Shown here piece by piece: positions 20,336-29,948 of a stretch of DNA of 64,000 nucleotides. The stretch's first letter is position 1. Each line of letters opens with the position of its first letter. The notes beneath the pieces are model-generated. The model worked only from the letters and a program-made list of their open reading frames with translations. It searched no databases and had not been told where the DNA came from. A program made the translations under genes and the position numbers. Origin of the DNA: Candidatus Aenigmatarchaeota archaeon. GTDB taxonomy: Archaea > Aenigmatarchaeota > Aenigmatarchaeia > QMZP01 > QMZT01. The stretch lies in assembly GCA_026397315.1 (NCBI GenBank), contig JAPLVC010000007.1:64001-128000 (forward strand), written 5' to 3'.

Positions 20336-20390
20336 CGAGAATACGATTGCGGCAAGTCTTTTAACCGGTGATTGTACTGTAAAAATTGCC

Positions 20391-21299
20391 TTATCTGGGG
20401 CCGTAAGCCATATTAGCGATGCGATACAGTCGGATGTAATTTTTGACAAATTCTGGTCTGCGTCCAAGCGTGGATTTGGCCGCGGCTTCAAGGGCTTCAC
20501 CATATTCCTCTGCATTTTCCAAAGACACGGAAAGCATGAAATGCGCGTTCACGTTTCTTCTATCCAATTCTGCCGCTTTTTTGAAAAACCCGGCGGCCTT
20601 CCTGTAGCATTCCGTGTTGCCAAAGCCCGCCCAGTTCAAACCTATGTTATAGTAAATCTCAGAAACGCATTCCCGCCTGCTCAGCGTTCTTCGATAAACG
20701 CCGCATTTCACTTCTTTTTTCGCGGGCGAATTCATTTCCGCTTTTGTCGGCGAACCGGGCGGTCCCGCCCATCCAAAATATCCCCGATTGGATTGATAGT
20801 CTTCATATCCGCCGCCGTAATTAATCCATCTTATGTGAAAATGCTGCCCTTTGGTGCCTCTCGTTTTCACGCCAAAAACGGGCATGTGTTCGATATCGGC
20901 GACGTCAAGGTACAAAAAGCTGCTGGTATCGCAATCGAGCATCCCTTTTTCAAAACCTTCGCTCAGAAGAAGCACTCCATCTTCACTACCGTTGAAAACA
21001 AAGCTGAAAGGCTTTTCCCGGAGGGTCCTGTAAATCGTGTGGAGGTTTTTCGAACCGATGTGCGGGTCATACCTCTTGTGTATGACGTCTCTGAATCTTG
21101 ACAGTTTATCCATTGCAGCATCGAAAACGAACTCACGCGGCGTGTTTCGTTTTTCAAGGGCAATTGCGTTCTCCGCGAACCCTTTCGCGCCGCTCTCATA
21201 AATGCCGGTTTCTGCATCGCGGCCGTAGCTTCCTATGGAAGGGAGCGCTAAAGACGCGGCGGCTAAAGCCACATCTTTTATGAAATTTCTCCTATTCAT
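20391..21299 (-). CDS. Tat-signal protein with transglutaminase-like core and C-terminal TPRs (paralog A)
   Basis: MNRRNFIK leader; LDCDTSS and QHFHIRW; FKKAAELD TPR; clearly homologous to the adjacent gene. Confidence 0.65.
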   Translation of the reverse strand: MNRRNFIKDVALAAASLALPSIGSYGRDAETGIYESGAKGFAENAIALEKRNTPREFVFDAAMDKLSRFRDVIHKRYDPHIGSKNLHTIYRTLREKPFSFVFNGSEDGVLLLSEGFEKGMLDCDTSSFLYLDVADIEHMPVFGVKTRGTKGQHFHIRWINYGGGYEDYQSNRGYFGWAGPPGSPTKAEMNSPAKKEVKCGVYRRTLSRRECVSEIYYNIGLNWAGFGNTECYRKAAGFFKKAAELDRRNVNAHFMLSVSLENAEEYGEALEAAAKSTLGRRPEFVKNYIRLYRIANMAYGPR

Positions 21300-21351
21300 C
21301 GAAAATACGGTTGCGGCAAGTTTTTTAACGGATGTTTGTGCTAGAAACCGG

Positions 21352-22902
21352 CTAGAAGTCCATTATTTTCAGCTGGCCGCGCTTCGGCTTTCTCGCACCA
21401 GAAGACTCTTCCTTCATCTCGTGCAGAGTGCGCTTCATTACGCCCTCTTTCTTCTGCGCGGTCCAGTAATACGCCTCGTCGCGCGTGCGCCTGGCGATGA
21501 GTATGACTATCCTGCCGACCTTCGTTCGTCCCACTCGTCCGCGCCGCTGTATCGAACGTATCTCGGAAGGCACGGGCTCGTAGAAAATAGCCAGTTCCAT
21601 TTCCGGGATATCGATACCTTCTTCTCCGATCGAGGTCGTGACCAGCACGTTGTATGTGCCTTCCTTGAAGTCCTGTATGCGCTGCTTCTGCTCGAGCTGG
21701 GACATTCCCTCCTTCTGCCCCATGAACTCGCCCGGCACCGCGCCTTCGACTGAAGCGAGCGACTTCACGATCTCCCTGACCATTTCCCTGTAATTCGCGA
21801 ATATGATGATTTTGGAATCGGGCTTGCCGCGCAGCTGGCTGCTGACGAGCTCGCTGAGCTTGCCGATTTTGGGGTGCTTCCTTCCATCGGCCTCGAGCGC
21901 CTGGGCGAGCTCCATCGCTTTCTCGACCTTCTTGTCGCGCAATACGCTTTTCGACGACCTGGCCTTGTCCGACGACAGCTTCCTGAAGTAATTCCATAGC
22001 GACGTTATGCCCTGCGTTTCCAGAAGGCCCAGCGCGTGCTCGATTTTTATGGCCTGCGCTACCAGCGAGACGCCCCAGAACTTCGTGTAGTCATGCGTCG
22101 GGCTCTGCATCAATTTTTGTTGTAACATTAGCAGGTCGCGCTTGCTTATGATGCCGACGGGCTTCCTGAAGCCGACCTTGTGCAGTTTTTCGAGCCTTTC
22201 CATGTACGCGCGCTTGAGCGAATCGCGCAATCCCAAAAAATCGTCGGGCAGATCGACGTATACCCATTCCATCTTTTTCTCCTGAACCCACGACTCGACG
22301 TCATCGTCGCTCTCGGTGCGTATCTCCACGTCGCGTATGCCGAGGTTGTCCATTATCTCCTTTATCTTTGCTTTCGTCCCGCCAGGCGATGCCGTCAGTC
22401 CGAGTATCCTCTTGTTCTTAGCCTGTTCCGCATACGCCTTGGCTATGAACGGATAAGCGTAGTCGCCAATCGAATGGTGCGCTTCATCGAAGACGAGGAG
22501 CGAAAAATCGGCGAGGTTTATGCGCCCCTCGGTCAGGTCGTTCTCTATCGTCTGAGGCGTGGCGAATATGATGCTTGCGCTTTTGTAAACCTCCTGCCTG
22601 CTCTCGGGCTTCATCTTGCCCGTGACCAGCACGAACGCTTCATCGGGCAGATCTATCACGCGCCTGAAAGAATGCAGATGCTGCTCGGTCAGCGGCCTTG
22701 TCGGAGCCATGACCAGAACTTTCGAGCCGGGGAACTTCTGCAGCCGGAATACCGCCAGCACTATCGCTATGGGAGTCTTGCCCAATCCCGTTGGCAATAC
22801 GCAGAGCAGGTCGCTAGCGACTGCGCGGCCGAGTATCGCTTCCTGATACAGGCGCGACTCAAGCGTGTCCTTCTTTATCATCACATGCTCGATGAAAGCC
22901 AT
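21352..22902 (-). CDS. hef: Hef/FANCM-like SF2 helicase without nuclease domain
   Basis: RLYQ, LPTGLGKT, DEAH, LTASPG, EEGIDI and QRRGRVGR motifs; C-terminal QLKIMDF PIP-box. Confidence 0.9.
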   Translation of the reverse strand: MAFIEHVMIKKDTLESRLYQEAILGRAVASDLLCVLPTGLGKTPIAIVLAVFRLQKFPGSKVLVMAPTRPLTEQHLHSFRRVIDLPDEAFVLVTGKMKPESRQEVYKSASIIFATPQTIENDLTEGRINLADFSLLVFDEAHHSIGDYAYPFIAKAYAEQAKNKRILGLTASPGGTKAKIKEIMDNLGIRDVEIRTESDDDVESWVQEKKMEWVYVDLPDDFLGLRDSLKRAYMERLEKLHKVGFRKPVGIISKRDLLMLQQKLMQSPTHDYTKFWGVSLVAQAIKIEHALGLLETQGITSLWNYFRKLSSDKARSSKSVLRDKKVEKAMELAQALEADGRKHPKIGKLSELVSSQLRGKPDSKIIIFANYREMVREIVKSLASVEGAVPGEFMGQKEGMSQLEQKQRIQDFKEGTYNVLVTTSIGEEGIDIPEMELAIFYEPVPSEIRSIQRRGRVGRTKVGRIVILIARRTRDEAYYWTAQKKEGVMKRTLHEMKEESSGARKPKRGQLKIMDF

Positions 22903-22947
22903 AGTAATAGATTCACCAGAGGCTTATTATTTTAACGAGAATAAAAA

Positions 22948-23895
22948 TCAGCGGCTGAGCCACGGATACGCCTTCTTCACTCTGCGTATGAATTCGCCAT
23001 GCTTGTGCGCGCCGAGTTCCGATATGACGCCGCTAATCATGTCAGGCCGTATGAGCTCGAAACACGGATTCGCTACTTTAACGCCGCGCGGCGCGGCGGG
23101 CCATACTTCCTTCGGACTGCGGCACTCGACTCCTTCCCCTTTTCCGCGCAGGTTGTCTGCATCGTATTTCCACGCGTCGCCGCAAACGTAAAGAGGCAGT
23201 TTGTGTTCGCTAGCGACGGACGCGAACATGCCGGAGCCGATCTTGTTGTATACGCCGTCGCTGGTGAGCGCGTCGAAACCGATGAAAGCAACGTCACATT
23301 TTGCCAGCGCGACGCTCGCAGCAGAATCGACGAAATGCGTGACCTTTATGCCGGCTTTGGACAGCTCTTGTGCCATCTTCCTGCCCTGAAACAACGGCCG
23401 CGCTTCCGTGTTGTAAACCTCGAAGCGCTTGCCCTGCTGCTTCGCTTTTTTGAGTATGCGCATGACCGTCGACGAATGGCAATGGGTGAAAATGATCATG
23501 CCGCTTTTGATTTTTTTAGCGGCTTCTTCAGCTATCGCCTCCTGCGCTTTTTCCATATGGGCCAGCGCCTCTGCGCGGGCACGGCTGAAATCTTTCCTGA
23601 GTTTTACGACGTCTTTGCTGCCAGCCACCAGAGAACTGGTGATGTAATTGAGGGCGTTCCTCATGAGCGGTTCTGTCGGACGGGTGGCGAAAAGCTCGCG
23701 CTTCGAGTTGTCGAGTTCGCACAAAAGTATTCTGCACGATTTGGCTTTCGAATTCGAAAATCTGCATGCCAGCGCCCTGACAGACGCTATAGCAACGCTC
23801 TCCGCGCCCTGGATATTTATGGCCTTTATGTCGCGGACTATCCTCTCGAAATCGTCCATATTAAGAAATTGCCGAGCCGGCTTATTACCTTTCAA
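22948..23895 (-). CDS. Ribose-1,5-bisphosphate isomerase / eIF2B-like protein
   Basis: IQGA, RPTEP, THCHS, EARPxxQG, NKIGS and NPxFE motifs; true start may be the downstream Met. Confidence 0.85.
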   Translation of the reverse strand: MKGNKPARQFLNMDDFERIVRDIKAINIQGAESVAIASVRALACRFSNSKAKSCRILLCELDNSKRELFATRPTEPLMRNALNYITSSLVAGSKDVVKLRKDFSRARAEALAHMEKAQEAIAEEAAKKIKSGMIIFTHCHSSTVMRILKKAKQQGKRFEVYNTEARPLFQGRKMAQELSKAGIKVTHFVDSAASVALAKCDVAFIGFDALTSDGVYNKIGSGMFASVASEHKLPLYVCGDAWKYDADNLRGKGEGVECRSPKEVWPAAPRGVKVANPCFELIRPDMISGVISELGAHKHGEFIRRVKKAYPWLSR

Positions 23896-24482
23896 TCTTT
23901 GATCTTTGGTTTATCATCTTTCGCCGGCTTGACCTTGAGCCCGATGCTTTGGAGCCGTTTCCTGAAGTTGTTAAGCGCAGTGTTGATGTCCTCGAGGCTG
24001 CGGCCGCCCGTGCAGATTATCTTGCCGGAACCGAACAGCAGGAACGCCGTTCTCGGACTCTTCATCCTGTAAACGAGGCCGGGGAACTGCTCTGGCTCGT
24101 ACTCCACTTCCTCGAGAGACATGGCTATTTCCTCGAGCATGAGCCTCGGCTTGACATCGATTTTCGTCGACGCGACGATGTTCTCGATGGTTATGTTGAA
24201 CTTGGTCGGCATGGCCGTTCCCGTCTTCTTTATGTCCAGAACGATTTTCCTCATGGCTTCTTTCGACATGGCTATGCTTTTCGCTCCGGTGCACACGATT
24301 TTACCGGAAGAGAATATCAGCGCCGCTGCGCGCGGGTCCTTTATCCTGTACACAAGGCCCGGGAACTGCTCTGGCTCGTACTCGGTATTCTCCATCTTTT
24401 CGACGAGCTTGTTGAGCACTATTCTTTTGCCCAAAACGGCAAACGCCACGACGTTTTCGACTTTAATATGAAATTCTACCAT
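23892..24482 (-). CDS. tbp: TATA-box binding protein
   Basis: Two repeats of ENxVA...YEPEQFPGLVYR...FxSGKxxCTG. Confidence 0.98.
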   Translation of the reverse strand: MVEFHIKVENVVAFAVLGKRIVLNKLVEKMENTEYEPEQFPGLVYRIKDPRAAALIFSSGKIVCTGAKSIAMSKEAMRKIVLDIKKTGTAMPTKFNITIENIVASTKIDVKPRLMLEEIAMSLEEVEYEPEQFPGLVYRMKSPRTAFLLFGSGKIICTGGRSLEDINTALNNFRKRLQSIGLKVKPAKDDKPKIKD

Positions 24483-24545
24483 AGAAATGCACCTTTAATT
24501 AATTATAGAGCATAAGTCACATAAATACTCTTTATAAACCCCTTC

Positions 24546-25823
24546 TCATTTGCCGTGCCTGAAAAGAAGCTGCTGTTTAGCGTTTTTCTGGGCGCCGCTC
24601 TCCTTCTCCCGGAGCCTGGAAACAAGTTCAATAGCTCTATCGGTTTTCCCTTCAACGAGCAACTCGAACACGCCATCGAACGTCTTCGGGTCGAGGCCTG
24701 CCTTGACTAGGTTCTCGGCAAGTATTTTCCTGCCCATCTCCTCGACCGAGAGCTTATGCTCCTCGAGAGTTTTAGTCGGAAGCGACTCGCTATCGACAGT
24801 CGCCTTTCTTATGGAAAGAATCGCCTTGCCTCCGAACTTCATTTCCATGTCAGGCGCTAGCGTATCCCTGACTTTCCCTTTCAAGTCGATTCTTATGAGC
24901 GGCTTCTTGTCGTGCTTTTCCGCGAGTATTCGCTCCAGTTCCTTCTCGACTGCTTCATGCGTCGGATTCTCGAACGTCCGGACATACGTTTTCCTCTGGT
25001 TTTCCAGCTCGACCCAGTATATGCTCATGCCGTTCGCCTCGAACGTTTTTTTCGCTTTCGGCGCGTCGCTGGTTATGTCGCGCACTGAAGTCTCGGCTAT
25101 CCAGAATCCCTTCGGCTTTTCCGATTCTTCCTTCAGCTGCGTGGGGAAAAGCGAGCCTGAAAGGAGGAACGGCTTTCCCGCATAATCGGCCTGCTTCGCC
25201 TCGTGTATGTGGCCGTTGACATACAAATCGAAGCCCTTCGGCAGTTTATGCATGTCCAGCGTGTGCTGCGCGTAAAGGAACTGCGCGATCGACTGGTGGA
25301 GGACGAATATGTTGAAGCAGCCGTGCTCGGGCGCGGCGCTCCAGTTGGACAATACGCTTTCCGCATACTGGTCAGGCACGCCAGAAAGCCCGTGTATCGC
25401 GATGCGTTCGCCGTCCTTCTCGAATATGACGCCGTTGCAGTGGAGGTAAACCACGAAGCCCGCCTTCTCAAGCGCTTCTACGGGATTCAGCAGTCCTTTG
25501 GTCCGCCGCTCGTGCGTGCCGTGTATCGCGACGATAGGGATGCCCATCAGCGCGGTCTCGGGAACCTTGGAAATGTCCTTGCCGATGCCTTGGATGAGCT
25601 TTATGTCGTTCTGGCGCAGAAGAAGGGGTATCATCAGCTCCATCGCTTTTGTGAGCGTCTCGGCATCCGGGTCGCGCGTGTCGAAGAGGTCGCCCGCGAA
25701 TATCGCCAGGTCGCAGTCCTTCGCTTTATCGACCGCCTCGTGGAAGGCGTCGTACGGGTCATTCGCCCGTTCTCCGCCCGCTCCGTAGCCGAAATGGAAA
25801 TCCGACATTATCGCGATTCTCAT
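24546..25823 (-). CDS. mre11: Mre11/SbcD DNA repair nuclease
   Basis: SDFHFG, AGDLFD, IHGTHE, HQ and GHIH motifs. Confidence 0.88.
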   Translation of the reverse strand: MRIAIMSDFHFGYGAGGERANDPYDAFHEAVDKAKDCDLAIFAGDLFDTRDPDAETLTKAMELMIPLLLRQNDIKLIQGIGKDISKVPETALMGIPIVAIHGTHERRTKGLLNPVEALEKAGFVVYLHCNGVIFEKDGERIAIHGLSGVPDQYAESVLSNWSAAPEHGCFNIFVLHQSIAQFLYAQHTLDMHKLPKGFDLYVNGHIHEAKQADYAGKPFLLSGSLFPTQLKEESEKPKGFWIAETSVRDITSDAPKAKKTFEANGMSIYWVELENQRKTYVRTFENPTHEAVEKELERILAEKHDKKPLIRIDLKGKVRDTLAPDMEMKFGGKAILSIRKATVDSESLPTKTLEEHKLSVEEMGRKILAENLVKAGLDPKTFDGVFELLVEGKTDRAIELVSRLREKESGAQKNAKQQLLFRHGK

Positions 25824-25940
25824 GGAATGTATTTGACTCTGTTAATTAAATTTCTGATTTGATAATTGCGGGAAGAAATGCTGGGAAAAGCTGCTTATTT
25901 AAAATTTAACCACAAGAATGAAGAAAGCGGAGGTGTGCTG

Positions 25941-26288
25941 ATGCCTGTAAAATTAGTTACGGATGACAATACCAACGGAGTCGTACCGATTCTTATAGAA
26001 TTGTATAAAGGCGCTGGTAAAAACCCTCAATATATTTACACTGGCGTGGACGGAATCGTCCCTAAAAATTACGATGAAGGGCAAATAATGGACTGGAAGA
26101 CGGGAGAAACGCTCGCGACAATAGGCCTTCCCGGAAATTTACCGCCCGAGCTCAAAAGGAATTATCTGCCATCCAATTCAAGAATTGTAGAAATTAACCC
26201 GGAAATCGACAAGGAAGGCGACGTTTTTCAGGGATTGGTAAAAAGGCTGTTGGGCAGGAATGTATTCGTGGATGCCGCGATGTGCTAA
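25941..26288 (+). CDS. Hypothetical protein (orphan)
   Basis: ORF with GGAGGTG RBS. Confidence 0.55.
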   Translation: MPVKLVTDDNTNGVVPILIELYKGAGKNPQYIYTGVDGIVPKNYDEGQIMDWKTGETLATIGLPGNLPPELKRNYLPSNSRIVEINPEIDKEGDVFQGLVKRLLGRNVFVDAAMC

Positions 26289-26357
26289 TTTCACGGATAG
26301 TTAACAATATAAATCTTTCACTATTAGTAAATAATAACACAATCGAGGAGGATGCTT

Positions 26358-26558
26358 ATGCCAGTAAAAAAATATCAGGGTCAGGATGTTGCAAAACCCG
26401 TGGAAATGAATCCTTACCTTTCGCCTGCACCTGGTTGCATGACACAAATATCCAATTACTTAGCGGAAAATATTTCTGGCGGATGGCCGCCAAAGACGAA
26501 AATACAAACAAATATGCAAGAAATTCAGACAGAAACAGTAGAAACAATTGCGCCGTGA
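26358..26558 (+). CDS. Hypothetical small protein (orphan)
   Basis: ORF with GAGGAGG RBS. Confidence 0.45.
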   Translation: MPVKKYQGQDVAKPVEMNPYLSPAPGCMTQISNYLAENISGGWPPKTKIQTNMQEIQTETVETIAP

Positions 26559-26592
26559 CGTAATTAGGATCTAAAAAAGAGGTGGATGTAAT

Positions 26593-26838
26593 ATGAGTAA
26601 TGAGAAAGTCACTGTTCAAAAAATATTAAATTATCTTAAAATGAAAGGTTATAACCCAGAAAAGTGTTACATGGGAGTTCATCCCCAAATTGGTGGAGTT
26701 GTTTGTGAGGCAGACGCTACAATAATAGCAACTCTAAGTGAAATAGAAGCATCGCCTGAAAAAACATTTAAATCCAAAGGCCTCTCCGCATCAGGACAAC
26801 TGGAAGGCGGACAACCACACGATGTCATAGGCTGTTAA
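26593..26838 (+). CDS. Hypothetical small protein (orphan)
   Basis: ORF with GAGGTGG RBS; stop overlaps the kae1 stop. Confidence 0.5.
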   Translation: MSNEKVTVQKILNYLKMKGYNPEKCYMGVHPQIGGVVCEADATIIATLSEIEASPEKTFKSKGLSASGQLEGGQPHDVIGC

Positions 26839-27821
26839 TTTTTAAGCCAAGATATCTCCACGTCGTCCGTGCGCCAGCGCGGGTCTATGCCGGCATCTTC
26901 CGGCTTTATTTTTTGTCCCGGTTTATTAGCGAGTATCCCAGTCCAGCTAATCATGGCGCCGTTGTCGCCAGCGAACTCGCGGGGCACGACCTTAAATCGC
27001 GCGTTACGCTCCTCGCACATTTTATTTAGCATTTCCTGAAGGCGCATGTTCGCCGCGACGCCGCCCGTCAGAAGGACCTGGTCCTTGCCGAGATGCGCCA
27101 GTGCGCGCTCGGTGACTTCCGTCAGCATGGAAAAGAAGACTTCCTGCATCGAATAACATATGTCTTCCAGTGGCTCGCCTTTCTGGTGTTTTCTTATGCA
27201 TTCGGTAACGATGCCGGAGAAGGAAAGGTCCATTCCCTTGACGACGTACGGGAGCTCCGTCCATTTGCCGTTCTTGGCGAGTTGCTCTATCTTCGGCGCC
27301 TGCGGGAAGTCGAGGCCGACCTCGCGGCCGAACTTGTCCAGCGCGTTTCCGACGCCGATGTCCATGCATTCGCCAAAGACTCTGTACTTGCCTTCCGCGA
27401 AAGAGATTATCTGAGTGTTGCCACCGGAAACGTAAACGACGACCGGGTTCTCGAAGCCGCACGTGAGCCTTCCGATTTCAATATGCGCTATGCAATGGTT
27501 GACAGGCACTAGCGGCACCGAATGCTTTTCTGCCAATTCCTTTGCTAGTTCGGCTCCCTTGTGCAGGCACGGCGGCAGGCCGGGCCCGCGCGAATACGCG
27601 ATCAGCCCGATGTCTTCGATTTTCAGGTTCGCTTTCTCCAGCGCCGCGCTGAGGACGGAATGCTTCGCTTCTTCGTGATGCTTGCCCGCGTCCATGGGTA
27701 TTATGCCCCAGCCAGCTTTTGGTTTGTAAATCGAGCGCTCGTTAGCTAGCACTTTCCCTTTATCATCGCATATGCCGATGCCGAACGTGTGCGCGGTCGC
27801 CTCGATGCCCAAGCAAATCAT
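26835..27821 (-). CDS. kae1: tRNA N6-threonylcarbamoyltransferase Kae1/TsaD
   Basis: GIExTAHT, GPGLxPCL, HCxAHIE, VSGGNT and DNGAMI motifs. Confidence 0.97.
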   Translation of the reverse strand: MICLGIEATAHTFGIGICDDKGKVLANERSIYKPKAGWGIIPMDAGKHHEEAKHSVLSAALEKANLKIEDIGLIAYSRGPGLPPCLHKGAELAKELAEKHSVPLVPVNHCIAHIEIGRLTCGFENPVVVYVSGGNTQIISFAEGKYRVFGECMDIGVGNALDKFGREVGLDFPQAPKIEQLAKNGKWTELPYVVKGMDLSFSGIVTECIRKHQKGEPLEDICYSMQEVFFSMLTEVTERALAHLGKDQVLLTGGVAANMRLQEMLNKMCEERNARFKVVPREFAGDNGAMISWTGILANKPGQKIKPEDAGIDPRWRTDDVEISWLKN

Positions 27822-27874
27822 GAATCTCAATTGTCTTCCGTGCTTATAAAAAAGGGCGCGGCCAAAAGGATAAT

Positions 27875-28138
27875 ATGACGCCGCTTGAAATCGAAATCCT
27901 GGGCTACATCGCGGGCGGTATAATAGCCGTCGCTCTGATTCCCCAGGTCATAAAATCGTGGCGCACCAAATGCACCAAAGACATCTCTGTCGCGTGGACT
28001 TTGTTCTATCTGGCGGGGCTCGTGTTTTTCGAGATATACGCTATAGGCATAACCAGCATACCGTTGATGATAACCAATGTAATAGAAATAGCGCTCACCG
28101 GTTCACTGCTTTACATGGAGTTCAGGTACGGCAGGTGA
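27875..28138 (+). CDS. SemiSWEET/PQ-loop transporter
   Basis: PQVIKSWRTKxTKDIS motif; three TM helices. Confidence 0.9.
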   Translation: MTPLEIEILGYIAGGIIAVALIPQVIKSWRTKCTKDISVAWTLFYLAGLVFFEIYAIGITSIPLMITNVIEIALTGSLLYMEFRYGR

Positions 28139-28190
28139 ACTGGAAACAAGTTATAAACAGTATAGTACATACATTAAAGAGCGATAGCTT

Positions 28191-29900
28191 ATGATTTCAA
28201 ATGAACCATTACCTGAAGGGCAGCAATACGACGTCATAATCGTGACCGGCGATGCGTACGCAGACCACCCGCTATGCGGCGCGGCCGTGATTGCGCGCGT
28301 CCTTGAAGACAAAGGTTATACCGTCGGCATAATAGAGACGCCCGACTGGCTCAGGGACAGCGAGTTCACCAAGCTCGGCGAGCCGCGCCTTTTCTTCGGC
28401 ATAACAGCCGGCGCGATGGACAGCATGATTGACAACTACACGCCGCTGATAAAGGAGCGCGAGGACGACGAGCACAGGCGCTACATCCCGCGCAAGCCCG
28501 ACCGCGCGATAATAGTCTACGCGAACATGATACGGCGCAACTACAAGAAAACGCCGCTCGTTCTCGGAGGCGTCGAGTCGTCGCTTCGCCGCTTCGCGCA
28601 TTTCGATTACTGGAGCAACAAACTCAGGCGTTCGCTTCTGCCCGAGTCGCGCGCGGACATACTGGCTTACGGGAACGCCGAGCATGCAGTCGTCGAGATA
28701 GCGAGACGCATCGAAAGCGGTAAGCCGCTCGACGGCATCGAAGGGACGTGCGTCGCCAGAAACGTCGCGCCTCACGGTTTCAAGACCATGCCCAGTTTCG
28801 ACGAAGTCTCAGCAGACAAGAAAAAATTCTGCAGGATGCAAATCATGATAAACAATGACGACTATCTTGCGCAGAAAACCGGGGACAAGTTCATCCTGCA
28901 ATACAAGAGCCATCGTTATACGACGGAGGAACTGGACCATGTTTACGAACTGCCATATTCGCGCGACATTCCCGAAAATGCAGATTATCTGAGGGGCATG
29001 CAGTTCAGCGTCGTGACGCACAGGGGTTGCATAGGCAACTGCAGCTTCTGTTCGATAGCGCTGCATCAGGGCACGCGCATCGTCTCGCGCTCGGAGGCTT
29101 CGATACTGCGCGAGATTGCTTTGCTGACACAACACAAGGATTTCAAGGGATATATCGACGACCTCGGCGGACCGTCGGCGAACATGTACGGCATGGACTG
29201 CCGCGCATGCAGACGCAATTGCATGGTATGCGACCACCTTGACCGCAGCCATGCGAAGCTTATCATGCTCATGGAGAAAGCGAGACAGATACCCGGCGTG
29301 AAAAAGATATTCGTGCGCTCGGGCATACGCTACGACCTTGCCCTCGAATCGAGGCAATACATAAAAGAGATATCGAAGTATCACGTATCAGGCTATCTTA
29401 AAATCGCTCCGGAGCACTGCAGCCCGCACGTTTTGAAGCTCATGAACAAGCATCTTCCTGGAGCGCTCGACAAATTCGTCTCCATTTTCAAAGAGATAAA
29501 CAATTCCACAGGTCAGACGCTGAAATACTACGTCATAGCCGCCCATCCGGGCAGCACGCAGAAGGAAAACGAGGAGCTCAGGAAATTCATAGAGAAGGTC
29601 GGCAGAGACGCTATAGTACAGACTTTCACTCCCACGCCGATGAGCCTGAGCACCTGCATGTATTATACTGGCATGGACCCGAAGACGTTGCAGCCGGTAT
29701 ACGTGCCGCGCGGCTTCAGGGACAAGAAGGAACAAAAGACGGAACTGCTGGACGCGATGCGCGGCTTCACGAAACGCAGGCAGGACCACAAGTCTGGGCA
29801 CGGCTTTCGCCAAGGCCCGCAGAGAGGCGGCGGCCAGAAGTTTCAGGTGCGCCGCAAAGGACGCGGCCGCCATGGCGGCAGGACCAATAAAATGTTTTAA
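28191..29900 (+). CDS. YgiQ/UPF0313 radical SAM protein
   Basis: GDAYxDHP, RRFAHFDYW, RGCIGNCSFC, DLGGPSANMY and QxFxPTP motifs. Confidence 0.93.
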   Translation: MISNEPLPEGQQYDVIIVTGDAYADHPLCGAAVIARVLEDKGYTVGIIETPDWLRDSEFTKLGEPRLFFGITAGAMDSMIDNYTPLIKEREDDEHRRYIPRKPDRAIIVYANMIRRNYKKTPLVLGGVESSLRRFAHFDYWSNKLRRSLLPESRADILAYGNAEHAVVEIARRIESGKPLDGIEGTCVARNVAPHGFKTMPSFDEVSADKKKFCRMQIMINNDDYLAQKTGDKFILQYKSHRYTTEELDHVYELPYSRDIPENADYLRGMQFSVVTHRGCIGNCSFCSIALHQGTRIVSRSEASILREIALLTQHKDFKGYIDDLGGPSANMYGMDCRACRRNCMVCDHLDRSHAKLIMLMEKARQIPGVKKIFVRSGIRYDLALESRQYIKEISKYHVSGYLKIAPEHCSPHVLKLMNKHLPGALDKFVSIFKEINNSTGQTLKYYVIAAHPGSTQKENEELRKFIEKVGRDAIVQTFTPTPMSLSTCMYYTGMDPKTLQPVYVPRGFRDKKEQKTELLDAMRGFTKRRQDHKSGHGFRQGPQRGGGQKFQVRRKGRGRHGGRTNKMF

Positions 29901-29948
29901 AACCGCGAACCGAATTAGGAATATCAAAACCCTTTTGTATGGTGTTTT

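Noticed and set aside
19460-20515. ORF-track start at 20515 for paralog B
   Set aside because: It overlaps paralog A; the ATG at 20335 gives the twin-arginine leader and matches the duplicated upstream sequence
20235-21101. Long antisense ORFs here and elsewhere (e.g. 22999-24072, 29388-30437, 60355-61365)
   Set aside because: They lie opposite well-supported genes and are expected from GC3-rich codon usage, which leaves few antisense stops
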